Of a DNA stretch of 64,000 nt, positions 29,828 through 44,080 are shown in pieces (the stretch's first letter is position 1; the number at the start of each line of letters is the position of its first letter). This DNA comes from Eledone cirrhosa. Lineage: Eukaryota. Where the stretch lies: positions 25,792,001-25,856,000 of the forward strand of contig OZ024750.1 of the NCBI GenBank assembly GCA_964016885.1, given 5' to 3'. Both the position numbers and the translations under genes were made by a program. Below the pieces are notes generated by a model that was not told where the DNA came from, did no database searches, and was given only the letters and a program-made list of their open reading frames with translations.

Positions 29828-30044
29828 GTCTGTCTGTGACACACACGAAAGAAAGTATTATGAAAATTGAAGCACTCTAGTGATTAATTACGATAAAGAA
29901 GATAGACGGTATTACAGGCCATGACTACTGGTGTCGCCTAGAAAAACTCAAACCCTACTTTCTTCAGATGGTGCTATCAAGTTAGACATGGCCTGAGCCA
30001 AGACTGGCAGAAAATTATCAAAGTTATATATATATATATATATA

Positions 30045-30654
30045 TGGTGGCTGCCAACTCGTTTTCGAGTACGGCCACTACTTTATATCCATGTAGGAGA
30101 ACCCCTACCGATGCGCTGAATGAGTGTGACTTTTTAGTCCAGCCAGCGACTTGAAAACTCTGGTACAAATACTACACTTGTGACAATTATTGACACATAT
30201 TGCTGGGCCCATGGTACCATGTGACGACAAGTGCAGAGAAATCTCCAGATATAAAGCAATGCCTGTGCTGTGAAGCTTTTATAGTGAGCAAAGGCACTGC
30301 ACAAAGCCAGTCCCACTCTCTTAACCAAGATGATATTTACCAAAAAGAAGAACAAGTCAACATCATTGGAAACCATCAGGGTTGCAGGTGTTATATCAGA
30401 GTTTTCCTTCTCCTAGAATTCTGCCTTGACAAAGGCTAAGGGGTCATCTCTCCCGGTGATTTTGGATGGCCATTGACTTTTAAGAGCTCCTTTGCCCTTT
30501 GACAGGTTTTGTTTTTAGTCCTGCAGGATGTCCAAAGTCACCCTCCTCACCAAGAAACCTTGGTGGGGTTGCCAGTTTAGTCGCCAACGACCCGACCATG
30601 GGACAGGTTGTACTGGGATACATGTTACCAGTAGCACCAACTGGTGACCTGACA
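30045..30654 (-). mobile_element. ~610-bp non-autonomous element, copy 2
   Basis: Same ends and sequence as 13185-13794. Confidence 0.8.
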
Positions 30655-31167
30655 TAATATATATATATAAACAAACATGAATTATCGAGATTCGTATTTC
30701 GGCCCACGAAATAACGAAAAACAACCTCCGAGATCTGTGTCAAGTGCTCAATGATTCAGATGAACCAGAGCTATAACAAACGTTAAAGGCCAAACACACT
30801 GAGGCGATGGTTAAACAATCATTCGCATAGCCAAACAAACGATCAAGTAATTCGGATCAAACTATATATATATATAAATGAAAGGTATAGAAAGTATTGT
30901 AACAAGAAGCCAACAGTATTCCATATATATATATATGTATAGTTTTGCAAGAGATGTCAACATGAATGGACCTGTTATTTATTTTGATCTAAAGACGTGT
31001 TTTCCAATTCCAACCCGCCCGTCCCTTCAGTCTATCTTATTTTTCATTCTTTCATTGCTGAAGGACTAGTGCCCGAAACGTTAAGACCCTCTTCCTGCTA
31101 TTTCAAGCGTTAACCTAATATATTCCTTACATATACTCTACCCGATTGTGTTGTTATTACTGTTTAC

Positions 31168-31214
<47 letters not shown>

Positions 31215-31623
31215 TTAAAAGAATAGAGGTGTAACACACGAGTTATGATATATTGGTAAAAGGAAAAGAAAATGCTGACAAATTGTTCCCAGTGAAAAAT
31301 AGTTTAAATACGAATAAGTAAAAATTAGTAATAGTATTGGTTAGTATTCAGTTTTGGTTTTAAGTTTTACCGGTTGCGCATTTCTAATGCTTTTCAAAAA
31401 TAATTTTGAGATAGAGCGCCCGTGATGTTTGCTCTAATCAGATTAGAGCAAACATCACGGGCGCTCTATCTCAAAATTATTTTTGAAAAGCATTAGAAAT
31501 GCGCAACCGGTAAAACTTAAAACCAAAACTGAATACTAACCAATACTATTACTAATTTTTACTTATTCCTAATTAAACTATTTTTCACTGGGAACAATTT
31601 GTCAGCATTTTCTTTTCCTTTTA

Positions 31624-31632
<9 letters not shown>
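31215..31632. mobile_element. Fold-back element with degenerate hammerhead core
   Basis: Near-perfect arms 31248-31439 and 31441-31632, centre 31440; CTGATTA...GAAATGCGCA on the minus strand. Confidence 0.75.
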
Positions 31633-31713
<81 letters not shown>

Positions 31714-31822
31714 TATGTATGTAGGTATATATATATATATATACACAGACGCATATATATATATGATATGTATGTATATACATGCATATATATATATATG
31801 TGTGTGTATATATATATATGTA

Positions 31823-31853
<31 letters not shown>

Positions 31854-32071
31854 GTGTATGTATATACATACACATATATACATATATATATATGTATGTA
31901 TATACATACACATATATATACATACACATACATATATATGTATATATATATATACATACATATATAATAAATACTTGCTCTACGGTTCTTATATATTTGA
32001 TATATATTTATCCTTATCGAGCCTTCTTTGGATTTTAGTCTTCAAATTTATTATTATTACTATTATATAAA

Positions 32072-32260
32072 GGCGGTGGATTGGCAGTATCAGTAGAGGG
32101 TCGGACGCCAAGCTTTCCAGCATAGTTACGTCTCTTAACGATCTGAGTTCAAATCCCGCCGAGGTTGCCTTTGCCTTTCATCCTTACGGGGTCGATAAAA
32201 TAAAGTACCAGTAATGCACTGGTTTATTTGCTGGCCTTGTGCCAAAAGTAGAAACAATTA
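32072..32260 (+). mobile_element. Full-length SINE
   Basis: GGCGGTGGATTGGCAGTATC head, B box, core, tail. Confidence 0.85.
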
Positions 32261-32264
32261 TTAC

Positions 32265-32321
<57 letters not shown>

Positions 32322-32389
32322 CAAGGTTTAGCAAATAAGAAAAAGTTTCAAAATAAATTTAAAAAAATTAACTTTACCTACTATGGTTA

Positions 32390-32473
32390 CCTTTACCGAA
32401 TCCGTTTCGAGTCTCAAAAATAAACGGACAGTCCATACGGCATCCGTTGCAAAGAAAAACTCTCGTCAGAAGG
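32390..32473 (-). ncRNA. Type I hammerhead ribozyme in a single-arm PLE-like fragment (about 32318-32720)
   Basis: CCTT-CTGACGA-GAGTTTT...GAGACTC-GAAA-CGGATTCGG-TA-AAGG. Confidence 0.7.
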
Positions 32474-32732
32474 ATCTTTTCACTCGGAGAATATAAAATT
32501 CCCGAGTTCAAATTACGAACTGGCGCTATTCAAAATTGTTCCCGAGTTGAGAGTAAATGAAGTGGAAGCAATTCTTTCAAGTGCCGTGTGTAAAGATAGA
32601 GGCAGAGGCAGGAAGGTCAGTCTGTTAATTTATTAACCTGCCATTGAACCACATTGGCATATGGTTGGACAATATATGTGTCCCTAAGCGCCTTGTGTGT
32701 GTAGGAACATATACTCTATTATATATATATGT

Positions 32733-32764
<32 letters not shown>

Positions 32765-32811
32765 GTGATGTGTGTGTGTGTGTGTACATATATATATAAT
32801 AGAGTATATGT

Positions 32812-32905
<94 letters not shown>

Positions 32906-33256
32906 TGGGATGTGGAGTTTGATGAATTGAAGAATAATGATTTGAAAGAAAGGAAATATTCGTTGAACGATTTCACTGTCGGTTCTGAGACATTAGAATG
33001 GTTGATAATAGTTGTAATGGTTTTTGTGGAGCGATAAAGACAGAAGATTATTTTACAGGCTTTTAGAAAGAAGTCCTTCACCTAGAAAGGCTTCATTGTT
33101 TGTGTCAAACTAAGATGGATGAGAAGTTAGACATTAACACAAACCTAAGCTACGCCGTTTACAATGACATACTCCGCATTGGGGAAATTTGTTATAGGTC
33201 ATCTGCACACATATACTGACATCTATATAAACATATGAGTACAAACACACACACAG

Positions 33257-33328
<72 letters not shown>

Positions 33329-33337
33329 ACACATATT

Positions 33338-33382
<45 letters not shown>

Positions 33383-33472
33383 ATACATGCATACATGTGT
33401 GTATATATGTATATATATATTTTGCATGTATATTTATGTAGACATACATAAACACACACACACACGCACACT

Positions 33473-33523
<51 letters not shown>

Positions 33524-33691
33524 TATGTGTGTGTATGTGTATGTGTGTGTGTATTTGTGTGTGTGCGTATGTGTATGTATATATATATATAATATATTCA
33601 ATTACATTTATACACTTACCTACAATTATGTGTGTGTGTTCATGTGTGGGTGCACTTTTACTCTCCATGCGTATATCTATATATATCCTGT

Positions 33692-33736
<45 letters not shown>

Positions 33737-33753
33737 CAACACAACGGAAAATA

Positions 33754-33810
<57 letters not shown>

Positions 33811-33815
<5 letters not shown>

Positions 33816-34012
33816 TTTATAGAAGGAGCTTCTACAGGACTAGTACTGTTTCATTCAGATGAAATCTTCAGGAAGCGCTTCCTGAAGATTTCATCTGAAT
33901 GAAACAGTACTAGTCCTGTAGAAGCTCCTTCTATGAAATAAAAAAAATTTACTCTGCCATGTATTGAGTACCTTACTTACTGTGGTTATCCCCGACTCAA
34001 CCCGGGACCTAC

Positions 34013-34013
<1 letters not shown>
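33811..34013. mobile_element. Fold-back element with mirrored hammerheads and 3' tail
   Basis: Palindrome centred at 33876/33877; + strand hammerhead 33877-33925: GCTTC-CTGAAGA-tttcatctgaat-GAAA-CAG..CTG-TA-GAAGC. Confidence 0.8.
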
Positions 34014-34059
<46 letters not shown>

Positions 34060-34060
<1 letters not shown>

Positions 34061-34339
34061 ATTATTATGTAATAAACAACATAAGGCAATTATTCCATTT
34101 ACCAGTGGTTTCTTAAAAGCAAAAGGTTTTGCTTTCAATCCTCAGAATGAAAAATCCTGGATTTTAAACCAGGATTTTTCATTCTGAGGATTGAAAGCAA
34201 AACCTTTTGCTTTTAAGAAACCACTGGTAAATGGAATAATTGCCTTATGTTGTTTATTACATAATAATAATAATTAAGCTCTGTTGCTTACATAGAGCAC
34301 TCTTTTTTCCTGGACTTTTCCGATGGAATTACTTCATTT

Positions 34340-34340
<1 letters not shown>
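34060..34340. mobile_element. Fold-back hammerhead element, CCACTGG family copy 1
   Basis: Centre about 34165; hammerhead 34178-34235: TTCATT-CTGAGGA-12-bp stem II-GAAA-CCACTGG-TA-AATGGA. Confidence 0.85.
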
Positions 34341-34375
<35 letters not shown>

Positions 34376-34490
34376 GAGTGGAAGTGTGGTAAGGAACCAG
34401 AAGGACCTTAACGCAGCAGAGTACTCAATACTTAGAGTAGTGGAATGGGTAATGGGAAAATGTTTAACCCCCCCATTGGTTAAACATTTT

Positions 34491-34571
<81 letters not shown>

Positions 34572-37066
34572 CTGTGTGTGTGTTTGTACTCATATGTTTA
34601 TTTGTTAATTTTTCATTCGCACCGTTTCCTTTCGCTATATGTCTCTCCACCACTCCCCTACACACCTTTTGAACTCTCACCTGAAGAAGGGCTTATGCCC
34701 GAAACGTCGTCCTCCACCTACCCCCCACCCACTCTCCTGAGCGTGAATTTAATAAACATTTATCGTACTGCCTCTCTGTTCTGTCCCTGTTCAATTTTTC
34801 ATTATATATATATATATATATTAATGTAGACATACCTTGATAGATATAGTACGTTTAGTTAAGCACTTCATATCGCAACTACATGGTTTCGGCTCAGCAC
34901 CACTGCAGGCCAAGTTATGTACATGGCTTTTCCCGAAATATTACCTTGACCAAAACGATTATAGTAAAAATGAACATATGGAACCTTTGTGTAAACCCAT
35001 CCTATAGATAGTTCCTGTTTTTCGGCGGATTTAGTACCCCACCCCATCCCCAGTACCCGACACTCTTCCTCCCATAGCATCAAATTATACCCTAAAACCT
35101 CCATGTATTCAATATACACCCTAAACACTCCATGTAATCGATGTTTACCCTATACACCTCACGGCATCGATATACACCCTAAACACGCCTGCTAAATCTG
35201 CACTGATTCTTTCTCGTGTCAACAACAGTAAGATTGATGTTATAACTTCCTCTGAGATGATAGCAAATATGTCCCTTCCTAAATCACAAAGATACAACTA
35301 TTATGCTCACCAAGAAAACAATATGACACAGCTTCTTCTGCAACACAAAGAAACGACCAATATATACACGCCAAGAAAACGATATTACACAACTCCTTGA
35401 ACCCTTCAGCATTTAAACCGGCCGTATCCAGCCAGAATTCTCTCACCTCTTTCTTTTCAAGCCACCTATAGCTAGCTGCTCATAGTGATGTTAAGATATT
35501 GTTCTCAAAATAAGTAATATCAAAATCTCATAGATTCGATATTATGTGCGACAATTATGTGGATATCAGCCTTCATTGTGAAAATATAATAGCAAATATA
35601 GAGTAATGTAAATGCTAAAGGGTTAAACATGAGTAACTCGCAACTTGAACATTGAATATCACTACAAATGTTAGAGACTATGAAAAAACTGAAGATATTT
35701 TTCTGACAACGCCATCTTAAACTTTGCCAACATTGCATCTGGGTCTATACTGTTGATATACTTACATACACATCCCTGATCATATCTAGAGAAATGCCAC
35801 TTGACTGATCTTTCATGAAGTCATTCATATAAACTAGGGGTTCTCAAACTTTTTGGGGGCCACCATCCTCCCACGGCCATGTTATACCCTCAGCGCCCAG
35901 CCCCCACGCAGATTGTAAATAATATATAATAAATAAAACCGTTAATTTATTTATAATAAATAATATGATATATACTATGTACAAATAAATATTATATATT
36001 TTTTTATTTTAATATATTTATATATAATATATATCATTTGATATTTAATATATTATTATATTATCTCTACCCCTGGTATGGCCCTGTAACTCTTGATGGA
36101 GTTGTAAGGGGAGTCGTAGTGGCATGCCGCGTTTTGTGAGCATTTCAAGTCTGGCAGATCTCATCCCTCACCAGGTTCTGAATACAGCAGATTTCTTCCA
36201 GAGAAAAATAGAAAGTGTGGGTATGGAAGTAAGAAATAGATATAGAGGAAGAATTGATCCCAGTATTTAACTGGTACTTTCTTTATCGACCTATGTATAT
36301 ATAACTATAAAATACAAACTTGACAAAAGATTGTTAATAATTGTTTCTACTTTTGGCACAAGGCCAGCAAATACCCCAGTGCATTACTGGTACTATATTT
36401 CATCTACCCCGTAAGGATGAAAGGCAAAGTTAACCTCGGCAGGATTTGAACTCAGAAAGTAAAGGGCCAATAATAAATAAGAAACTAAGAATTTGGTACG
36501 TGCCGAACTTCCATATACCCCACGCCATTTCTATCGTTTGTAATAACGAAGAGTGTCTGAGAGTGTGGATATTAATCCCACTCTCTTTTCTTATCTGGAT
36601 ATTAACAGGAAATATTCCCAGTTAACTTGAACCAAATTATTTCCTGCATTCCATCTGTCCATTATACAGGCTGTATGTTTTATCTAGCTCATAGAGAGAC
36701 CGCATATATCTTCTCCATTGGCCCGTATCTCTATTGTATTTTGATGTTGACGTCTTTATTTAAGTTAATTTAATGACATTAAGTAGTTATGTGGTCCCTA
36801 TATAACTTCCCCTCCCCATCTCACCCTATAGACCGAACTATGTTTTCTCTGAGTTCAATCCCGCCTATAAGAACATTGAGCCTCTCAACGCCACGTAAGT
36901 CGATGATAAGAAATGTGAAAGTTCACTATAGAAACTTTTGGAAAGATTCATATATAAAACAGAGTGTTGTAGCTTGCTTGAAGCATTGTTAATAGGAAAC
37001 ACAAATTTAAAATTTTGAAGACCAACGCAATGCGTATGGAGAATGTTAAATTGCCAATATATATAT

Positions 37067-37349
37067 AACGAAGGATTTGTGGTAAGGAACCAGATGGACC
37101 ATAACGCACCAGAGTACTCAATACTTAGGGTAGTAGAGTGGGTAATAGGAAAAGGTATGACCCCGACGGCAGAGCTGAAGCCCTTTCGACGGCTATTTCT
37201 GGACTCAATCTGTCCAGAAATAGCCGTCGAAACGGCTTGAGCTCAGCCGTCGGGGTCCTACTCGTTCCTATTACCCACTCTACTACCCTAAGTATTGAGT
37301 ACTTTGGTGCGTTATGGTCCACCTGGTTCCTTACCACATTTCCTTCGTT
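37067..37349. mobile_element. Symmetric fold-back copy of the half-hammerhead family
   Basis: Arms of about 138 bp, centre about 37208. Confidence 0.85.
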
Positions 37350-38158
37350 ATATACGTATATATATATATATATATACACTAATTTATAGTTCGTAATCTA
37401 TAATCGATAACTTAAATCGATTTTCAATCCGGTTCTAGGGACAATGAAACGGCGTCGTAAGGAATATAATAACTGTTCCACCTTAAAGTAAATAATTTTT
37501 CATAAATATTATATGCTTTATATATATTATAAAGTGAAATTATAGGAGGCCAAATATGTTGAATTTCCTTAATTATTTATTTCTGCAAACACTATGCACA
37601 TTTCAGTGAACAGGTTGCGTAAAAACCTGGTGACATCCTCAGGTGTAAATTGCATAATAGATGTATACCAACGAAAAGAAGGTAAACTTTAAGGAAACAA
37701 GCAAAGAAAAAAAAAAACAGAGAAGAAAAAAAGGTGTTTATGTGTTTTGACCCAGAGACGAACGAAACAGCATGTTTTATCAAGAGTCGCCGTCTCTAAG
37801 TATATATATATATATATACAAAATAGTGTGTTTCTCTAATGATAAATGGCTTTATACATATATGTTTTACATTTTGAATTATGCAGTATATCTAATCTAA
37901 TCTGGCCGAGTTTAGACTCGCAAATAAGAAGAACCATGGCCGCCCCTAGGAGCATTGGATTTGGTGTACTTTATATTTGTTTCGGTTGCTGAATACAATC
38001 AGGAGTCGCTGCTTCTCCTGAAGGTCAATAGTTCTCTTCTAACTCGAGCGGGAGCGCCTTTCCATTGTCAATAAAAGACTATCCTCCATTACACTCGAAT
38101 AATGTACCAAGAACTATTTCCCATTCTCAACCAATACCTCAATCTTTCTTTGTTATTG

Positions 38159-38206
<48 letters not shown>

Positions 38207-38576
38207 TAGTTATGTAATAAACAACATAAGATAATTATTTCATTTACCAGTGGTTTCTTGAAAGCAACCAAAATTGCTTTCATTGATCAGAATGAAAAAA
38301 TCCTGGTGTCTTTATTGACAGTGGATTTGAAAAACAAAAATATAACAGATATGAAAGTGAGGCTGGAGGAAAAAAAAAAAGCCTCACTTTCATATCTGTT
38401 ATATTTTTGTTTTTCAAATCCACTGTCAATAAAGACACCAGGATTTTTTCATTCTGATCAATGAAAGCAATTTTGGTTGCTTTCAAGAAACCACTGGTAA
38501 TTGAAATAATTATCTTATGTTGTTTATTACATAACTAATAAGCTCTGTAACCTACATAGAGCACTCTTTTTTCCTG
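38207..38576. mobile_element. Fold-back hammerhead element, CCACTGG family copy 2
   Basis: Arms 38207-38363 and 38381-38537, 17-nt A-rich loop; core reads CTGATCA in both arms. Confidence 0.85.
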
Positions 38577-39044
38577 AGACCTTGGTTACCATGTTGAGCT
38601 CTGTTGATGAACGAAATCCAACCGTGACCATCCCCACTGAGAGTTTTCGTGAAATAGTCTTTTCAAGACTATACAGAGCATTTGAAGTTGTCCCAAATTG
38701 AAGGTTGAGTACTTTAGACTTTGTTTTATCATGAGTTAAGGCTCTATTGATTTTTCCCTGGATTTCTCTAAATTCTGTTGGATAAATCTATATCCTGATT
38801 CCTTTTGAATTGAGTCTGCATTATTTTTCCCATATCTTATGTTAACTATTTTCCCATTTTGACGCTATAGTCACATATATGTTATGGAATACTGTTAGCT
38901 TCTCGCTACAACAATTTCTATACTTTTCATTTATATATAAATTTAGTATTAGACCTTAGTATTTTCAGCGCGGTGCCCCAGCATGGCCTCAGCCGGATGG
39001 CTGAAACAGGTAAAAGAGTAAAAGAGTAAATATATATAAATTTA

Positions 39045-39200
39045 TATGGATGGTAAGGGGGATGCGCTGGAAGAGCCATTCCAACTCGCGAGGCTCACAC
39101 CTGCGGCTGGCCAGCTTAGCGCCTATGGTGGTGAGTAGGGAGGTTACGCTAGGGCCAACCAAGGACACCAGAAGTCTCCATTGCCAAGGGCACGCACGAC
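39045..39200 (-). mobile_element. 3' remnant of a CRE-like RLE non-LTR retrotransposon
   Basis: LLTTIGAKLASRRCEPRELEWLFQRIPLTI resembles the L..IG..L......RE..WLFQRISLAI C-terminus. Confidence 0.55.
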
Positions 39201-39819
39201 TACAAACCTGTCGGATGTGCGATACAAAAAAACAAAAATAAAAATAAAACATAATTTTCTTTTTCCTTTTTATGGTAATCTTGCCAAAGTTTTTCAGTCA
39301 TTGGTAAAAAAAAACTGCCAGATGATAATGGTGGTGATAGTAGTGGTGGTGATGGTGGTGGCAGTGGTAGTAGTGATGATGGTGGTGGGTGGGTGGTAGA
39401 TGATAATTTGCAGGTGTTTTAGTTCATATTCATCACGTGTAATGCTTGCTGCCTCACAACAACGTGTGAACCATTCGCTGGAAAGAGACAGACTTTCAAG
39501 TTATATGATTTAGAAAAGAGATTTGTATTATTTTTGTTATTTAAATTTCCTTGAATTAATTTAGATATTTCAATATGAAAACATATGCATTCATAGAGAA
39601 ATAGAAACTAATAATTCATTGGCCGAGTTTGTTTAGCTTTTAACTACTAGGCCACAAAACATAACGTTTGTCATTGAATTAGCATATTCAAATAATTAGC
39701 ATATCTTTGAGAAAATTAACATATCTTTAGAAAATTAACATATCTTAGAATTTTGTTGATAAAACATCGTGACATTTTTAACAAAGCTTCTAAACCTTCC
39801 TGACTTTTCACTTTAATAT

Positions 39820-40118
39820 ATTTCTCTTTTCTTTCTCTCTTCCTTTTCGTTCCTTCTTTCTCTTTCTTCCTTTCTTTATTTCTCTTTCGTTCTTTCTTTC
39901 GTTCTTTTTTTCTCTCTCTTTTTTCTTTCTTTCTTTCTCTTTCTTTCTTTCTTTCTCTCTCTCTCTCTCTTTTCTTTCTGTCTTTCTGTCTCTTTCTTTC
40001 TTTCTTTCTTTCTTTTTTTCTTTCTTTCTCTCTCGTTCGTTCTTTCTTTCTTTCGTTCTTTCTTTCTCTCTCTTTTTTCTTTCTTTCTTTCTTTCGTTCT
40101 TTCTTTCTCTCTCTTTTT

Positions 40119-40193
<75 letters not shown>

Positions 40194-40428
40194 CTCTTTC
40201 TTTATTTTGTTCTTTCTCTCTTTCTTTCTTTGTTCGTTGTATTATTCCTTCCTTCCTTTACATGAATTACTCCCAATGTGTTTCAAGGAAGTTTCATTAT
40301 ACAGTTGTCATAAATAAGTTGACTACAAACATGAAAAACGGATGACAAAACGTCAGCAAACGACTGAATAAAAGAGATAGGTAGAGAGATAAGGAGAGGG
40401 AGGTAGAGATAGAGGGATATATAGATAG

Positions 40429-40470
<42 letters not shown>

Positions 40471-40493
40471 GAGAAAGGAGATAGATAAAGAGA

Positions 40494-40553
<60 letters not shown>

Positions 40554-40716
40554 TAAGAGAGAGGGGATAGATATAGAGATTAAGAGAGAGAGAGATAGAA
40601 GAAAGGAGATAGATATAGAGATTAAGGGAGAGAGAGAGAGATAGGAGAGAGATAAAGGGAGAAAGATGGGAGAGAGGAGATAGATATAGAGATACAGACA
40701 GATAGATAGATAGAGA

Positions 40717-40769
<53 letters not shown>

Positions 40770-40826
40770 TAGATATAAAGATTAAGAGGGAGAGATAGGA
40801 GAGAGGAGATATGTGTAGGTATAGAG

Positions 40827-40860
<34 letters not shown>

Positions 40861-41380
40861 GAGAGAGGAGATAGATATAGAGATTAAGAGAGAGAGAGAT
40901 AGGAGAAAGGAGATAGATATAGAGATTAAGGGAGAGAGAGAGATAGGAGAGAGATAAAGGGAGAAAGATGGGAGAGAGGAGATAGATATAGAGATACAGA
41001 CAGATAGATAGATAGAGAGGGTGAGTGAGAGAGAGAGAGAGAGAGAGAGGAGATAGATATAAAGATTAAGAGGGAGAGATAGGAGAGAGGAGATATGTGT
41101 AGGTATAGAGATTGAGAGAGAGAGAGAGAGAGAGAGATAAGTGAGAGGAGATAGATATAGAGATTAAGAGAGAGAGAGATAGGAGAAAGGAGATAGATAT
41201 AGAGATTAAGGGAGAGAGAGAGATAGGAGAGAGATAAAGGGAGAAAGATGGGAGAGAGGAGATAGATATAGAGATACAGACAGATAGATAGATAGAGAGG
41301 GAGAGAGAGAGAGAGGAGATAGATATAAAGATTAAGAGGGAGAGATAGGAGAGAGGAGATATGTGTAGGTATAGAGATAT

Positions 41381-41422
<42 letters not shown>

Positions 41423-41581
41423 GAGAGAGGAGATAGATTTAGAGATTAAGAGAGAGAGAGATAGGAGAAAGGAGATAGATATAGAGATTAAGGGAGAGAG
41501 AGAGATAGGAGAGAGATAAAGGGAGAAAGATGGGAGAGAGGAGATAGATATAGAGATACAGACAGATAGATAGATTGATAG

Positions 41582-41672
<91 letters not shown>

Positions 41673-41749
41673 TAGATATAAAGATTAAGAGGGAGAGATA
41701 GGAGAGAGGAGATATGTGTAGGTATAGAGATATAAAGAGAGAGAGAGAG

Positions 41750-41826
<77 letters not shown>

Positions 41827-41850
41827 CAGACAGAGATAAGGAGAGATTTG
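39820..41850. repeat. (TTTC)n tract and long GA/GATA satellite with higher-order repeats
   Basis: Seen directly; blocks such as gagataaagggagaaagatgggagag recur. Confidence 0.9.
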
Positions 41851-42564
41851 AGAAAGATAAAATAGAGAGAAAATATAGAACAAGTGTTTTAGACAAGATT
41901 CAGAGAAGAGAGAAGCTGGAGTTTATATAATTGATATATGTTTGTTTATTATCTTTTTTTAAACTTTCGTCTTTGTTTTTATCTCAACATTAACACATCT
42001 GGGAAACATTAATTATTTCTATGGATTGGCAGTATCGGTAGAGGGTCGGACGCCATGCTTTGACGCATAGAGTTACGGTCTTTGCCATTCTGAGTTCAAA
42101 TCCCGCCGAGGTTAACTTTGCCTTTCATCCTTACGGGGTCGATAAAATAAAGTACCAGTAATGCACTGGATAATTGCTGGCCTTGTGCCAAAAAGTAGAA
42201 ACAATTATTTCTATTTTTAGGCACAAGGCCAGCAATTACCCAGTACATTACTGGTACTTTATTTTATCGACCCCGTAATCTGGGAAACATTAATGATTTG
42301 CAACTGTGAAAAAATTAATATACGTGGTGCGTTTGTTTTATATACTTTTCACATACATATGTGTGTATATGTGCATGTGTGTGCATGTGTGCGTATACAT
42401 GTGTGTGTATGTGTATGACTGTGTGTGTGTGCATATGACTGTGTGTGAGTGTGTGTGTGTGTTGTGTACACATACATATAAAACTATAAAACTAAAACAT
42501 TCATACGAACATGTAAGTTTGCCTCTGCATATATATATATATATATATATATGTGTATGTATAC

Positions 42565-42686
<122 letters not shown>

Positions 42687-42769
42687 ATATGTATATATAT
42701 ATGTGTGTATGTATACATATATATATATATATGTGTGTGTAAATGTATATATATATATGTGTATATGTG

Positions 42770-42800
<31 letters not shown>

Positions 42801-42851
42801 ATGTGTATATATGCATGTGTATATATATATATGTGTGTGTATGTGTATATA

Positions 42852-43001
<150 letters not shown>

Positions 43002-43432
43002 TATATACACACTCATACATACGTTAATATTTACATCTAAGAAACATTGTTTTCCTTGTCATTTCATTAAGAAAAAAAATATTTCCTTCATTTTTTTCTC
43101 TGTATTTTTATATCCACTTCCTTCGTTCTTTTCTTCCTTCTTTACATTCATTTTATTTTACAACTGAAAACATCTTCTATTCATTTTTTTAACCTTTTTT
43201 TACACTTGATTCTGTTCATTTTTTCTTTGAATTTTTCAAGATTTTCTTTATTTAAATTATTTTTTTTTCTCTCCAACCAATCTAGTTTTCATTGAATTAT
43301 ATCATTACGTAACCACAAGTTTCTCTCTATTTTTATTTAAATCTTTCTACCAGACATACCAATTAAAGACACTGTTCTTTTACCAAGAAATAACAACAAT
43401 GATAATAATAGTAATAATAATAATGATAATAT

Positions 43433-44080
43433 GGAGAGAGAGAGGAGACTGTGGCTCACATTGTATCCGAGTGTAAACACCTAGCCCAGACTCACTATAA
43501 AGGCTGGAGACATGATGTGATGGGCAGGGTGATCCACTGCACCTATGCAAAGTAAACAATTTACCACATTTTGAGAAGTGGTATGAGCATAAGCCAGAGT
43601 CGGTGATAGAAAACGATCAGGTGAAGGTGTTATGGGATTTTAGGATACAGACGGACAAGAAACTGGAACACAATAGACCTGAACTGGTGGTTTTGGACAA
43701 GGAAAAAAGATCGTGCCTGATTGTGGACGTGGCCTGCCCATTCGACACGAGAGTGCAAGAGAAGGAGAGGGAGAAAATTAACTGATACCAGGACTTAAAG
43801 TGGGAGGTAAAAAGGATTTGGAACTGCCTTGAAGTCAAAGTGGTCCCGATTGTCATAGGCGAACTAGGTACTATCTCAAAAAGTTTCCAGGGATGGTTAA
43901 AGAAAATTGGCCCCGCCACGCTTTTTGGAACGCTTCAAAAGGCATGCTTGCTGGGAACAGCAAGAACCCTCCGGTACGTCCTGAATATCTGAGGCAGCAG
44001 GTAATGGCTTGATATTCATTTCAACAAACTTTCCAGTTAACTAACATCAATGACTGAGACTCAAAGAACAATAATAATAA
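43433..44080 (+). mobile_element. Second 5'-truncated R4/Dong-like LINE copy (frameshift and stop)
   Basis: Highly similar to the reverse complement of 2960-3607; inserted in (TAA)n. Confidence 0.9.

Noticed and set aside
30571-30630. HDV-like ribozyme reading of the 610-bp element end
   Set aside because: Could not build canonical P1 and P3 helices; a twister-like order fits better
32072-32165. tRNA gene
   Set aside because: The A and B boxes belong to the SINE head; no complete cloverleaf
38258-38486. Paired near-identical ORFs on opposite strands (also 62927-63109 and 63354-63536)
   Set aside because: Trivial consequence of the palindromes
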